Shown: positions 9,218-19,986, counted from the first letter of the stretch. The stretch: DNA of 64,000 nucleotides from Candidatus Latescibacterota bacterium (GCA_965204725.1 OZ242005.1:4992001-5056000), one strand, 5' to 3'. The notes: generated by a model from the sequence alone, not told the origin. Translations and numbers: made by a program.

Positions 9218-11735
9218 CGAGAAAATCCGCCTCTCCATACCCGACCTCTCGCTGGTCGTGCTAATCGGCGTCTCTAGCGCGGGCAAATCGACCTTTGCCC
9301 GCGCGCACTTCCCCCCGACCCAAGTGCTTTCCGCAGACTTTTTTCGCGGGCTGGTCTCAGACGACGAAAACAGCCTAGAGGCCACAGACGATGCGTTCGC
9401 CGCCCTGCACTTTGTCGCCGCCCGCCGCTTGGCGCGGGGCCTTTTGACCGTGATCGATGCGACCAACGTCCAGCCCGAGGCGCGCAAGCCGCTGGTAGAA
9501 CTGGCCAAGCGCTATCACGCCCAGCCGGTGGCCATCGTCTTCGACCTCCCCCGAGCACTCTGCGAGGAGCGTGCGGCCGAGCGCACAGACCGCGACCTGC
9601 CCCCCCACGTGATCCCGCGGCAACACCGCCAGTTGCGCCGCGGCCTCAAGGGCCTCAAGCGCGAGGGCTTTCGCCGCTCCTTTGCCCTGCGCTCGCCCGC
9701 AGACGTGGCGCGGGCCGAAGTGGTGCGGGAGAAGCTGTGGCCCGACCGCCGCGAGGAGCGCGGTCCGTTTGACATCATCGGCGATGTACACGGATGCTAC
9801 GCCGAGCTCAGAGCGTTGCTCGCCCGGCTGGGGTATCGCATCTCAGGGGAAAAGGTCGAGCCGCCGCCGGGGCGCAAGGCCGTCTTTGTCGGCGATTTGG
9901 TGGACCGAGGGCCTAATGCCCCCGGCGTCCTCGCGCTGGTCATGCGCATGGTAGCGTCGGGCGCAGCCCTGTGCGTCCCGGGCAACCACGATGCGCGTTT
10001 GGTCCGGGCCTTGCAAGGCCGAAAGGTCCAACGCACTCACGGCCTCGAAGAGACGCTGGCCCAACTCGCCGGCGAGCCGCCTGAGTTCAAGAAAAAAGTC
10101 GAGGCTTTTCTCGGCGGCCTAGTCAGCCACTATGTCCTCGACCAAGGGGCGCTGGTGGTCGCGCACGCCGGCATGAAGGAGGAGATGGCCGGTCGCGCCT
10201 CTGGGGCCGTGCGCTCCTTTGCCCTGTACGGGGACGCGACGGGCGAGCAGGACGAATTTGGTCTGCCGGTGCGCCGCGACTGGGCGGCCGAATATCGGGG
10301 CCGCGCCCGCGTCGTCTATGGACACACCCCGGTGGCGCGGCCGGAGTGGGTCAACAACGCGATCAACATCGACACCGGCTGTGTCTTTGGCGGCGAGCTA
10401 ACGGCGCTGCGCTATCCCGAGCTGGAGCTCGTATCCGTCCCGTCCGAAGCCCAGTACGCCGACCCGGTCCGCCCCTTGGCGGCGCAACAGACCCGCGACG
10501 ATGTGCTTGACTTAGCGGATGTAGCCGGAGGCCAGCGCGTGGAGACGCGGTTGATGGGCCGAGTTACCATCCATGCGGAGCGGGCGGCTGCGGCCCTAGA
10601 AGTGATGAGCCGCTTTGCCGTTGATCCCCGGTGGTTGGTCTATCTGCCGCCAACGATGGCCCCGCCCCAAACCAGTGCCCGCCCCGACTTGCTCGAACAC
10701 CCGGACGAGGTCTTGGCGTACTATCGCCGCAGCGGTGTGCGCGAGCTCGTGTGCGAGGAGAAGCAGATGGGGTCGCGGGCCGTGCTGGTCGTCTGCCGCA
10801 ACCCGGCGGCCGCGCAGCGGTGCTTTGGCATAGAGGACGGCCGCGCCGGCATCTGCTACACGCGCACGGGCCGCCGCTTCTTTGCGGACGCGGGTTTGGA
10901 AGCAAAGCTCTTGGACCACGTGCGCCGGGCCTTTGAGCGCAGCGAGCTGTGGAGTGCGCTGGCGACGGACTGGGCCATACTCGACGCCGAGATCATGCCT
11001 TGGTCGGCCAAGGCGCAACCGCTGCTCAAAGATCAGTACGCAGCCGTAGGCGCGGCCGCGCGGATGTCGCTGGCAGCGGCCGTGAGTGCGCTGGAGCAGG
11101 CGGCCGAGCGGGGCATGGCCGTAGGCGATCTATTGAGCCGGTGCCGCGCCCGGGCCGAATCCGTGGCCCACTACGCCGCGGCCTATCGCCCTTATTGTTG
11201 GCCCGTGCGCTCGCTCGAAGATCTCAAATTGGCTCCCTTTCATCTCTTGGCCACGGAGGGGCAAGTCCACGTCAACCAAACCCATGCATGGCACTTGGAG
11301 ACCTTGGACCAGCTCTGCGCGGCCGGGCCGGGTTTGCTGAGTGCGATAGATCGCCGGCGCGTGGTTTTAGACGATGGGCACAGCAGCAGCGAAGCCATCC
11401 GGTGGTGGGAGGAACGAACCGCCAGCGGCAGCGAGGGATTCGTCGCCAAGCCCTTGGACTTCGTTTGCACCGACGGGCGCGGCCTCGTCCAGCCGGCGCT
11501 CAAGTGCCGGGGCCGTGCGTACCTGCGGCTGATCTACGGCCCTGAGTACGCGGAGTGCCTAGAGCTTTTGCGCCACCGCAACCTCAAGGGCAAGCACGCA
11601 TTGGCATTGCGGGAATTCGCGCTGGGGGTGGAGGGCTTGGAGCGGTTTGTCGCCGGGCAGCCCTTGCGTCGAGTCCACGAATGCGTCTTTGGGGTCTTGG
11701 CGTTGGAAAGTGAGCCGGTTGATCCGCGGCTGTGA
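9210..11735 (+). CDS. pnkp: Polynucleotide kinase-phosphatase-ligase Pnkp
   Basis: Kinase P-loop GVSSAGKST; metallophosphoesterase IGDVHG/GDLVDRG/GNHD; ligase CEEKQMGSR; ends ESEPVDPRL. Confidence 0.95.
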   Translation: MADEKIRLSIPDLSLVVLIGVSSAGKSTFARAHFPPTQVLSADFFRGLVSDDENSLEATDDAFAALHFVAARRLARGLLTVIDATNVQPEARKPLVELAKRYHAQPVAIVFDLPRALCEERAAERTDRDLPPHVIPRQHRQLRRGLKGLKREGFRRSFALRSPADVARAEVVREKLWPDRREERGPFDIIGDVHGCYAELRALLARLGYRISGEKVEPPPGRKAVFVGDLVDRGPNAPGVLALVMRMVASGAALCVPGNHDARLVRALQGRKVQRTHGLEETLAQLAGEPPEFKKKVEAFLGGLVSHYVLDQGALVVAHAGMKEEMAGRASGAVRSFALYGDATGEQDEFGLPVRRDWAAEYRGRARVVYGHTPVARPEWVNNAINIDTGCVFGGELTALRYPELELVSVPSEAQYADPVRPLAAQQTRDDVLDLADVAGGQRVETRLMGRVTIHAERAAAALEVMSRFAVDPRWLVYLPPTMAPPQTSARPDLLEHPDEVLAYYRRSGVRELVCEEKQMGSRAVLVVCRNPAAAQRCFGIEDGRAGICYTRTGRRFFADAGLEAKLLDHVRRAFERSELWSALATDWAILDAEIMPWSAKAQPLLKDQYAAVGAAARMSLAAAVSALEQAAERGMAVGDLLSRCRARAESVAHYAAAYRPYCWPVRSLEDLKLAPFHLLATEGQVHVNQTHAWHLETLDQLCAAGPGLLSAIDRRRVVLDDGHSSSEAIRWWEERTASGSEGFVAKPLDFVCTDGRGLVQPALKCRGRAYLRLIYGPEYAECLELLRHRNLKGKHALALREFALGVEGLERFVAGQPLRRVHECVFGVLALESEPVDPRL

Positions 11736-11813
11736 CTGGCCCAAAACCACCCGATTGGCCCGGCTGTAACCATCGCCCAACCAGCAACTTGACGCTCTGG
11801 GGATGCCTCATAC

Positions 11814-11898
11814 CTTACTACACGACACCAGCCGCTATCCTTACCAAGGATCGAGGGCATCTTGCCCTCGTCGAGGGCGGGACGCCCTCGATCCCGGA
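11814..11898 (+). repeat. REP-like double-hairpin element, copy A
   Basis: CGAGGGC-ATCTT-GCCCTCG followed by CGAGGGC-GGGAC-GCCCTCG; inverted copies at 34395 and 39797. Confidence 0.85.
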
Positions 11899-11968
11899 TT
11901 CATCGGGAGCACCAGAAAATGCGGACGTAAAGCAGGTGTCGTGTACTCACCTCGCCGGAGGGCATAAC

Positions 11969-12538
11969 GTGCTTACCATTACCCAAGCAGCAGAAGAGAA
12001 AATTGCCAACCTAGTCGCCGAGAGCGAAAAGCCCGTCAAGGGCTTGCGTATCGGCGCCCGCCTCGATCCCGCCAAGCAGGTTGACTACAAGCTAGCCTTC
12101 ATATCCGACCAGCAGATAGGCGGCGACGATCAGGTCGTTCACTTCGCGGGCTTTGACGTGTACATAGACCCCGAAAGCGCCGATCTGTTGGCGGAGGCCA
12201 AGGTGGATTACGTCGATGGCCTCATGGGTTCGGGGTTCAAAATTGAGCGGCCCCGCAAGATGCCCGCGCACCTGAGCGGCCCGGTGGCCGAGGCCGTCCA
12301 TCGCGTCATCGAAACGCAAATCAACCCGGGCGTGGCCGCGCACGGGGGCGTGGTGACCTTGGTGGACATCAAGGGCAACACGGTCTTCGTGCAGATGGGT
12401 GGGGGCTGTCAGGGCTGTGGCCAAGCGGATGTGACGCTCAAACAGGGCATCATTCGCATGATCAAGGAAGCGGTGCCCGAGGTGGAAGCCGTAGTCGATG
12501 CGACGGACCACGCCTCGGGCGAAAACCCTTACTATTAG
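11969..12538 (+). CDS. nfuA: Fe-S cluster biogenesis protein NfuA-like (degenerate A-type domain plus NifU-C)
   Basis: GTG start after GGAG; LTITQAAEEK N-terminus; INPGVAAHGG and MGGGCQGC. Confidence 0.85.
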   Translation: MLTITQAAEEKIANLVAESEKPVKGLRIGARLDPAKQVDYKLAFISDQQIGGDDQVVHFAGFDVYIDPESADLLAEAKVDYVDGLMGSGFKIERPRKMPAHLSGPVAEAVHRVIETQINPGVAAHGGVVTLVDIKGNTVFVQMGGGCQGCGQADVTLKQGIIRMIKEAVPEVEAVVDATDHASGENPYY

Positions 12539-12555
12539 GCCCGAGGAGAGGCTCT

Positions 12556-13359
12556 ATGGCAACGGCGTTGCCGCTGGTGGCGCGGCCCCATCTCGAGGGC
12601 TACGTGCAGGCGATGAAGGAAGACGGGTACGCCTATTTTCCCGCAGTGCTCAACGAGCGCGAGATCGCCGATTTGCGCCGAGCCATGGACGAGTTGACCG
12701 CGCTGGAGGAAAGCTACGACCGCCACACCGACCCGGCCACGCACGGCTTCCTCAACAAGAGCATCAACAACGCGTTCAACCGCGCACCCATCTTCGCCCA
12801 GTACTTGGACCGGCCCGAAATCATCGACCTAGTTGAAGCGATACACGGCGACGATTGCCACTGCATCGGCATGACGGCTTGGCTGACCGGCCCGGGCCGC
12901 CCGGACCAAACCCTACACGCCGACTGGCAGCCGCTGACCCTGCCCGAAGAAGTCATGGCCGACCCAGCGGTAGAGATTCCAATTTTTATCACCACCGCCC
13001 ATTACTATCTCGACGATCTGACCGAGGAGTTGGGGCCGACTCACTTTGTGCCGGGCAGTCACCGCGCAGGTCGGCGGCCCCGCGCCAGCGAGACCGGCTT
13101 TAAGGGCGTTGAGGAGCAGAGCATCTTGTGCAAGGCCGGCGACTGCGTGTTGTTCCGCTGCGAGGTTTGGCATCGGGGCACGGCGAATAAGAGCAACCAG
13201 ACGCGCTATCTGCTCCAAGTACACTACGCCCAGCGCATTATCACCCAGAAGTACCCCCCCTATCTAAACAAATTTCAATTCGACGCGACCCTGTTGGCGC
13301 AGGCCACGCCCCGGCAGCGGCGGCTTTTGGGCGACCACGTACCGAGCAACTACGACTAA
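12556..13359 (+). CDS. Phytanoyl-CoA dioxygenase (PhyH) family protein
   Basis: DGYAYFPAVL, LHAD (HxD), VPGSH, WHRGTAN. Confidence 0.85.
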   Translation: MATALPLVARPHLEGYVQAMKEDGYAYFPAVLNEREIADLRRAMDELTALEESYDRHTDPATHGFLNKSINNAFNRAPIFAQYLDRPEIIDLVEAIHGDDCHCIGMTAWLTGPGRPDQTLHADWQPLTLPEEVMADPAVEIPIFITTAHYYLDDLTEELGPTHFVPGSHRAGRRPRASETGFKGVEEQSILCKAGDCVLFRCEVWHRGTANKSNQTRYLLQVHYAQRIITQKYPPYLNKFQFDATLLAQATPRQRRLLGDHVPSNYD

Positions 13360-13381
13360 ATGAATGGATGAACGGTGCGCT

Positions 13382-13753
13382 ATGTCCGATTCCCCCATAT
13401 CCGTCCTGCTCGTTGAGGACAACCCCATTCACGCTCGCCTGTTACAGGGCTTGCTAAAACCGGAATTTGCCGTAGAAGCGGTCGATCACTTAGCGGCCGG
13501 CTTGGCGCGGCTAGCGGCCGGCGGCATCGACGCGATCCTCCTCGACCTAGTACTGCCCGACAGCCAAGAGCTAGCCACCTTCGAGCGCGTCAAAGCAACC
13601 GTCCCGCATATTCCCGTCCTAGTCCTGACCGGCCTCGATGACGAAGTGCTCGCCGAAGAGGCCGTAGCGGCCGGTGCCCGCGATTACCTAATCAAAACGC
13701 AGATCAACGGCGAGAGCTTGGCGCGGTCTATTCGGGCGGCCATAGCGGGTTAG
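13382..13753 (+). CDS. Single-domain response regulator
   Basis: [26 protein letters not shown]. Confidence 0.9.
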   Translation: MSDSPISVLLVEDNPIHARLLQGLLKPEFAVEAVDHLAAGLARLAAGGIDAILLDLVLPDSQELATFERVKATVPHIPVLVLTGLDDEVLAEEAVAAGARDYLIKTQINGESLARSIRAAIAG

Positions 13754-13754
13754 C

Positions 13755-16643
13755 ATGGGGGGCGATCCTCGCTTCCTGCGTTGGACCTGCTGGCTGGCGC
13801 GCTTGGCCGCCTGCGCGACCGTGCTCTCGGGCGCGCTCGTGCTGTGGGGCTGGAACGCCGACGACGAATACCTCAAGAGCTTCATGCACATCAGTTGGGT
13901 GGCGACGCACCCCCTCGTGGCGGTGGAGTTTATCTTGGCCGGTACAGCCCTTTTGTTGTTGCAGGCCGAGCCGTTGAGCCGCTGGCGGCGGGATGCGGGT
14001 ATGGTGCTGGGAGCGATCGTAGTGCTGATCGCCGTGCTCAAGTTAATCGGCTACCAGTACAACTGGGAACGCGGCGTCGATACCTACCTGTTTTATTTCA
14101 AGCTGGGCGTCTCGCGGATGTCGCCCAATGCGGCTTTTTCCTTTTTGCTGATCGGCTTGGCTTTGGTGCTGATGGACGTGCGTGTGCGGGGCCATGCCTA
14201 TCTGCCGCAGCTCTGCATCCTCGCGGCGACGGTCGTCGGACTTTTGTCGATGAGCAGCTACTTCCACAATGTGCTGCTGCTCTACGGGGTAGCCGGGTTC
14301 GTTCCGGTCGTCCCGGACACGGCGACCGAATTCCTCATCCTCTGCTCTGGCCTGCTATGCGCTCGCCCGCACCGCGAGCCAATCGCCACCATAATCAGCA
14401 CTACGGAGGGCGGCTCAGTGGCTCGCCGCCTCTTGCCGGCCGCCTTTGCCATCCCCCTCGTGTTCGACTGGATTCGCACCCAAGGAGAGGGCGTCTATGG
14501 GTACGAGTTTGGCCTCTCGCTCTTTACGCTGCTCAACATTTTGGCCTTTGCCCTGCTAATATGGTGGAATGCTGCGTCCCTGTCGCGGGTTGATGCGGAA
14601 AGGCGACGCTCAGAAGAGCAGCTACAAGAGCAATACCGCCTAACCGCGGCGACCGCGCACTCCGAGCACGAGGCTCTGCTCGCCCTCGAAGAGTCGCAGG
14701 AGGCCCTGCGCGACGCCAAGGAGCAGGCCGAAGCGGCCAACCAAGCCAAGAGCGCGTTCTTGGCCAATATGAGCCACGAGATTCGCACCCCAATGAACGG
14801 CATCATCGGCATGACCGAGCTCTTGGGGCGCACCCAACTCGAATCTCAGCAGCGCAGTTACCTGACCTTGATGCAGCGGTCGGCCGAGGCCCTGCTGTCC
14901 CTGCTCAACGACATCCTCGACTTCTCCAGAGTTGAAGCAGGCCGCTTAGTCTTGGAGCGAATAGGGTTCGGCCTGCGCGACGAGGTGGGCAACGCCGTGC
15001 AGACGCTGGCCATGTCTGCGGCGAGCAAAAACATAGAGCTGACGTGCCATATCCCCGCCGATGTGCCCGACCGCTTGGTCGGCGACCCGCGCCGCTTGCG
15101 CCAAGTGGTCATCAACTTGGTGGGCAATGCCGTCAAGTTTACAGAGGAGGGCGAAGTGGAAGTGGGTATGGCCGTGGAAGAGGCTTGGCCGGACGCCGTG
15201 TGCCTGCGCCTGTGGGTGCGCGACACCGGGATAGGCATCGCACCGGAGAAACAAGCGCGGATATTCGATTCGTTCAGCCAAGTCGATAGCTCGACCTCGC
15301 GGCGTTTTGGCGGCTCCGGCTTGGGCTTGGCCATTTCGCAGCAGCTAATCGAACTGATGGGGGGCCGTATATGGGTCGAGAGCGAGGAGGGCCAAGGCAG
15401 CACCTTTTACTGTACGGTCCGCTTGGGGCTGGGGACGCCGGAGACCGAGCGCGCCGATCAGGTCGCGCTGGAGGGGCTAAGGGTGTTAGTCGCCGACGAT
15501 CATGCGACCAATCGGCGGATCCTCGAAGAGATCCTGAAAAGCTGGGCGATGGAGGTCGAGCTCGTGGAGAGCGGCTCGGCTGCGATCTCGGCCTTGGAGT
15601 CGGCTGAGCGACCCTTTGACTTGGTGCTGATGGACTTGATGATGCCGGGGATGGACGGCCTAGAAACGGTGGCGAGGATGCGCGAGAACCCAGCGTTTGC
15701 CCAAGTGCCGGTGCTGCTGCTTTCCTCGGCCGACCGAGCCGAGTACAGCGCACGGGCGAGTTCCTTGGGCATTGCCCGCAGCCTCATCAAGCCGGTCAAG
15801 CAATCCGACCTGCTAGAGGCCATCGGCGCGGCCCTCGAAGCCGCTCCTCCTCGTGCGCCAAGGCGCGATGAAGTGCCCGAGGACGAGCCGGTAGCGGTCG
15901 CGAGCCTTCGCATCCTCTTGGCCGAGGATGGAGTGATCAACCAGCAGGTGGCCGTGCGGCTGTTGGAGGAGCGCGGCCACTCCGTTGAGGTCGTGAACAA
16001 TGGTCGCACGGCCGTGGAGCAGGTGGAGGCCGAGCCGTTTGACGTGGTGCTGATGGATGTGCAAATGCCGGACATGGACGGCCTAGAGGCCACGGCCGCC
16101 ATTCGCCGCGCCGAGACCCTGACCGGCGAGCACATCCCCATCGTCGCGATGACCGCCCACGCCATGCAAGGCGACCGCGACCGCTTCTTGGCCGCGGGCA
16201 TGGACGGTTACGTCGCCAAGCCCGTGCGGCCGCACGAGCTGTACGCGGCCGTAGAGGAATTCGGTCCCCATGCTGAGGCCGGACTGCTCGCGCCGGCAGA
16301 TGTGCCCTTTGCGTGGGACGCTGCACTCGAAAGCGTCGGTGGCGACGAGGCCATGCTGCGCGAGCTCGCGGAGATGTTTTTTGCCGAGTGCCCCAAGCTG
16401 ATGCAGCAAATCCGAGAGCACATCGCCGGCGCGGACGGCCCCGAGTTGCGGCGAGCCGCGCATACGCTCAAGGGGTCGGCGCACGTTTTCGGGGCTGAAG
16501 AAGCGGCCGAGGCCGCGCATCGGCTGGAGGAAATCGGGCGCGAGGAAGCGTTTGCCGACGCGGCGAAGGCACTGGCGTTGCTGGAGGACGAAGTGGCGCG
16601 GTTGCTGCCGGCTCTGCAGAAGCGGATTGCGACTGGTGCTTAA
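13755..16643 (+). CDS. Multi-TM hybrid sensor histidine kinase (HisKA, HATPase, 2x REC, HPt)
   Basis: [38 protein letters not shown], two receiver domains, AHTLKGSA. Confidence 0.95.
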   Translation: MGGDPRFLRWTCWLARLAACATVLSGALVLWGWNADDEYLKSFMHISWVATHPLVAVEFILAGTALLLLQAEPLSRWRRDAGMVLGAIVVLIAVLKLIGYQYNWERGVDTYLFYFKLGVSRMSPNAAFSFLLIGLALVLMDVRVRGHAYLPQLCILAATVVGLLSMSSYFHNVLLLYGVAGFVPVVPDTATEFLILCSGLLCARPHREPIATIISTTEGGSVARRLLPAAFAIPLVFDWIRTQGEGVYGYEFGLSLFTLLNILAFALLIWWNAASLSRVDAERRRSEEQLQEQYRLTAATAHSEHEALLALEESQEALRDAKEQAEAANQAKSAFLANMSHEIRTPMNGIIGMTELLGRTQLESQQRSYLTLMQRSAEALLSLLNDILDFSRVEAGRLVLERIGFGLRDEVGNAVQTLAMSAASKNIELTCHIPADVPDRLVGDPRRLRQVVINLVGNAVKFTEEGEVEVGMAVEEAWPDAVCLRLWVRDTGIGIAPEKQARIFDSFSQVDSSTSRRFGGSGLGLAISQQLIELMGGRIWVESEEGQGSTFYCTVRLGLGTPETERADQVALEGLRVLVADDHATNRRILEEILKSWAMEVELVESGSAAISALESAERPFDLVLMDLMMPGMDGLETVARMRENPAFAQVPVLLLSSADRAEYSARASSLGIARSLIKPVKQSDLLEAIGAALEAAPPRAPRRDEVPEDEPVAVASLRILLAEDGVINQQVAVRLLEERGHSVEVVNNGRTAVEQVEAEPFDVVLMDVQMPDMDGLEATAAIRRAETLTGEHIPIVAMTAHAMQGDRDRFLAAGMDGYVAKPVRPHELYAAVEEFGPHAEAGLLAPADVPFAWDAALESVGGDEAMLRELAEMFFAECPKLMQQIREHIAGADGPELRRAAHTLKGSAHVFGAEEAAEAAHRLEEIGREEAFADAAKALALLEDEVARLLPALQKRIATGA

Positions 16644-16702
16644 CGACGCAGGAGAAAGCAGACGATGGAACGAGTGTACATCACGCAATTTGTAGGCTAA
16701 AT

Positions 16703-17326
16703 ATGTCTATCTCAAAAAGAGCACAGAGAACGCTAGTGACATTTGAAAACGGGGTCTTCCGTATTGGTGTTAAAGAAAGTTTACATCTGTATATTCTTGG
16801 TCCGCGCTCGGCAGGTAAATCTGCACTGAGCGAATATATTAGCAAAAAGCTAGGGATTAAATGTTACGACATGGATAGCGAGCTTGAAAAGAAACTGCGG
16901 GTCGATGGCGGCGGTGGATTAAGCAATGCAATCAAGCTGAAAGCATGGCAAAAAATTAGCATGGCACTACAGGAATCGCTGTGTGATCTACTAGCACTCG
17001 ACTTTTCTTATATCGCATCGATTCCTACTGGTATCTTTGCCTACGAGCAATCGGCTCTACTGCTGGAAAGAGTTGTGATCCTAGGCATATTGCCCGGAAA
17101 GACCGAAGAAGAAACACTAGAGCTCCTTATAGAGCGCGAAAGAGAAAGGATTCACTTTCGGGAAAGAGTAAAGGAGAATTCTCAAGACGAACAGGGAGTA
17201 GTGAGAGAGTACCGGCGCGGATTGTCGAAAGCCATCACTCTTACACAAATTCAATCAGATGCCTGCTACTTTTATGGAAATGAGACTCCCGGTACGATAG
17301 TGCGAAAATGCTTTGGTATTCCATAA
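16703..17326 (+). CDS. Shikimate-kinase-like P-loop kinase, AT-richer than flanks
   Basis: LGPRSAGKSAL...LGIKCYDMD. Confidence 0.6.
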   Translation: MSISKRAQRTLVTFENGVFRIGVKESLHLYILGPRSAGKSALSEYISKKLGIKCYDMDSELEKKLRVDGGGGLSNAIKLKAWQKISMALQESLCDLLALDFSYIASIPTGIFAYEQSALLLERVVILGILPGKTEEETLELLIERERERIHFRERVKENSQDEQGVVREYRRGLSKAITLTQIQSDACYFYGNETPGTIVRKCFGIP

Positions 17327-17366
17327 TTTACCATGGACCACAAACTTACTAACGGAGGAGTAACTA

Positions 17367-17696
17367 ATGGAGCGAGTGTACACCACCCAAGACTTGGCCT
17401 TGCTCAGTCACCTCAAAAACGCGCTGGCCGCGCAGGGCATTGAATGCGTTTTGCGCGGTCAGCATTTGCTCGGCGGCGTGGGCGAATTGCCCCCGATAGA
17501 GTGCTGGCCGGAGTTGTGGGTCTTGGACGACCAACAGGCCGCAGCCGCAAAGTCGCACATCGAAACGCTGTTTGCGACGGCTGCGAAAGACGAGGAACCG
17601 TGGCCCTGCGCCGCGTGTGGGGAGGAGTGTCCGGGGGCGTTTACGGATTGTTGGAGTTGTGGGGTGGCGCGGGCCGAAAAGAGCGGAACGCCCTGA
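17367..17696 (+). CDS. DUF2007-domain protein with C-terminal CxxC..CxxC zinc ribbon
   Basis: LKNALAAQGIEC, GELPPIECWPELWV, WPCAACGE...FTDCWSCG; GGAGG RBS. Confidence 0.8.
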   Translation: MERVYTTQDLALLSHLKNALAAQGIECVLRGQHLLGGVGELPPIECWPELWVLDDQQAAAAKSHIETLFATAAKDEEPWPCAACGEECPGAFTDCWSCGVARAEKSGTP

Positions 17697-17755
17697 TCGC
17701 TGACGCCTTTTCTTTTTCCGAGGAACTAAACCCGGAGTTTTGGGACCACTTCTCA

Positions 17756-18684
17756 GAGGCTGTCTGAAAACTCCATTTTCTATTTGATTCTTTTGAGTAA
17801 CAGGTGGATCATAGCAATCTGGATCAAGGCTTCGCTATGGCGGGTCAACACCTCATAATCTCGGGCATGACGGCGCGAGTTCATCACCCATGCCAAGGTA
17901 CGCTCGACGACCCAACGGCGTTTGAGTACGGTAAATCCGGGGCCTTGTTTGGCGACGACTTCCAAGTCAATCTTGTGCGTCTTTTTTAGGTTGGCCACCC
18001 ATGTTCGGATCGCCTCGCCTCGATAGCCGCCATCGCCCCACAGTTTGCGTAACCGGGCTACGCCGGACGTCCCCAAGCGGGTCAACACCTGCTGCAAGCC
18101 GTCTCGATCGGATACATCGGCGGCGGTGACCACCACCTGTCGAAGCAAGCCTGAGGCGTCGACCAGCAGATGCCGTTTTCGGCCTTGAACCTTCTTGCCC
18201 GCGTCGTAACCGGTTGTTTTACCATGGGTTGCCGTTTTGATGGTCTGACTATCGATACAGCCCGCCGAGGGCGTGGCCGGCCGGCCGTTGCGGCGGCGTT
18301 CCTGCTGGGTGAGCCGTTCCAACACCCGCGGCCAGACCCCGTGCCGGCTCCAGCGACGGAAGTAATCATACACCGTTTTCCACGGGCCAAAACAAGCCGG
18401 TAACAACGCCCAAGGACACCCCGTCTTGTTCAGATACAAAAGCCCGTTGACGATCGGACGCCGATCCCGCGGCGGCCGACCCGGACCGTTGGGGCGCCAC
18501 CGCGGAGCCGGCAGCAACGGTTCGATCTGCTGCCATTGCACATCGGTTACATCGGTTGCATATTGGCCACTGGGCGTACTCATCATACGAGCCTTTCTGT
18601 TCAGATTTTGTGGTGAAACCTGAATATGGCCTGATGAGTACGCCGATTCAAATACGACTACATAATGGGTTTTCAGACAGCCTC
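17756..18684 (-). mobile_element. IS5 family insertion sequence
   Basis: Perfect 16-bp TIRs GAGGCTGTCTGAAAAC (17756-17771) and GTTTTCAGACAGCCTC (18669-18684) around a transposase. Confidence 0.9.
17780..18586 (-). CDS. IS5 family transposase
   Basis: YATDVTDVQW, TGCPWALLP, CIDSQT, GKKVQGRKRH, WGDGGY, RRWVVERT. Confidence 0.92.
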   Translation of the reverse strand: MMSTPSGQYATDVTDVQWQQIEPLLPAPRWRPNGPGRPPRDRRPIVNGLLYLNKTGCPWALLPACFGPWKTVYDYFRRWSRHGVWPRVLERLTQQERRRNGRPATPSAGCIDSQTIKTATHGKTTGYDAGKKVQGRKRHLLVDASGLLRQVVVTAADVSDRDGLQQVLTRLGTSGVARLRKLWGDGGYRGEAIRTWVANLKKTHKIDLEVVAKQGPGFTVLKRRWVVERTLAWVMNSRRHARDYEVLTRHSEALIQIAMIHLLLKRIK

Positions 18685-18784
18685 TAACAACAATCACTTG
18701 TAGGAGATGCACCGCGTTCTCCGATAAGATGGCGTCAGTATTGCTGAATTTTTACTCTTGCTAATTCGGGCGAGGAGACCGGCT

Positions 18785-18889
18785 ATGCGTTTTTTTAACA
18801 CGACAGGGCCAGTGGTAGCGGCCGATCACTACTGCATTCCACCGTTGGATCGGCTCAATCTCAATAAAGAGGTTGCGATAAAGACATGA
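18785..18889 (+). pseudogene. 5' remnant of an AAA-like ATP-binding protein gene
   Basis: GAGGAG RBS, then MRFFNTTGPVVAADHYCIPPLDRL, which I recognise as the N-terminus of a family of AAA-like ATPases; stops after 34 codons. Confidence 0.6.
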
Positions 18890-19395
18890 CGAGATTGGTG
18901 ATTGCGTACCTGCTAAAAGGGAAGGCAGCGAATACAGTTAATGGTTTACGCCAAAAATATGACGTTAAGACTGCCACAGCGATAGCTGGACATCTGACAA
19001 TAGCTGGGCCTTGTAACACGGAAACTCCTCTCTCTCAAATACAAGGCGTAGTGGCCCGTCTTGCTGCTACACTACAACCGATCACACTTACGATCAGTGG
19101 AGTGGAAACATTTCTGCCGATCTCGGCAACATGCTATCTAGGGATAAATCCCAAAGAACCTCTCAAGGCCCTCCATGATGCTCTTGTATCGCAATTAAAC
19201 TGGATGGAAACCTATCCATACCATCCTCACGTGACCATCACTGAGTATCTTACACGTGCAAGAACGGAAGAAGCCGCAGATCAACTTCAAAACTTAAACA
19301 TTTACGAAACCGATACGCTAGATTCTTTAACATTACTCAAGAAGGATTTTAGAGGTACATGGTGCGAGATTGATAAGGAAGCGAGACAGATATGA
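18886..19395 (+). CDS. 2H phosphoesterase (2'-5' RNA ligase family)
   Basis: Two HxT motifs, GHLTI and PHVTI. Confidence 0.85.
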   Translation: MTRLVIAYLLKGKAANTVNGLRQKYDVKTATAIAGHLTIAGPCNTETPLSQIQGVVARLAATLQPITLTISGVETFLPISATCYLGINPKEPLKALHDALVSQLNWMETYPYHPHVTITEYLTRARTEEAADQLQNLNIYETDTLDSLTLLKKDFRGTWCEIDKEARQI

Positions 19396-19614
19396 ACGCA
19401 ACTACCCAAGTGCTTGGCCACGACGATCCGGGTCATGCGAGGGCGCGGGGAGCCATGGTGGAGCGGATGATGGATTGGTATGGAAAGTCGGAGCGTTGTG
19501 TATTTACTTGGATGGGCGCGTATATTTTAGAGAAAAGACGCGCAGATAGCCGGATGCGCTTGCGGAAAATCAAACTCAAAAGAAAACAATCTGTGCCAGC
19601 GAAAGGAGTACACT

Positions 19615-19986
19615 GTGAACATACACGTGGGTAATTTGGCAAAGACTACTAAAAAAGAGGCACTGGTCCAGCTTTTCCAGTCGTACGGGAAGGTCGTGAC
19701 CGCGACCATCGCCCGGGACAAGAAAAGCGGTGCCTCGCGCGGCTTCGGCTACGTGGAGATGGCGACCCGGCACGAGGGCGAAGAGGCCATTGCCCATCTC
19801 AACGACAAGGAGTTTGAAGGGCAGAAGCTGCATCTCAGCGAGGCGCATGAGCGCAAGGAGAAGGCCGGGCGCGGGTCGGGCAAGGGCGACAACCGATTTG
19901 ACTCGCAGCGCAGCAGTTTTTTCTCCCCTCGCGGCGGCCAGCGCAACGCGGGCAACATGCGGCGCAGTGGACGACGGGGTTCCTAG
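19615..19986 (+). CDS. RRM (RNP-1) RNA-binding protein with Gly/Arg-rich tail
   Basis: IHVGNL (RNP2), SRGFGYVEM (RNP1); AAGGAG RBS. Confidence 0.92.
   Translation: MNIHVGNLAKTTKKEALVQLFQSYGKVVTATIARDKKSGASRGFGYVEMATRHEGEEAIAHLNDKEFEGQKLHLSEAHERKEKAGRGSGKGDNRFDSQRSSFFSPRGGQRNAGNMRRSGRRGS

Noticed and set aside
7838-11735. Hen1-Pnkp as a novel system
   Set aside because: Well-characterised bacterial RNA-repair pair with canonical architecture
11732-11968. 79-aa N-terminal extension of NfuA in the ORF track
   Set aside because: It crosses the REP-like element; a GGAG RBS and GTG at 11969 give a normal-length protein
17753-18687. Target-site duplication for the IS5
   Set aside because: Flanks are TCA and TAA, not identical, so a duplication cannot be claimed
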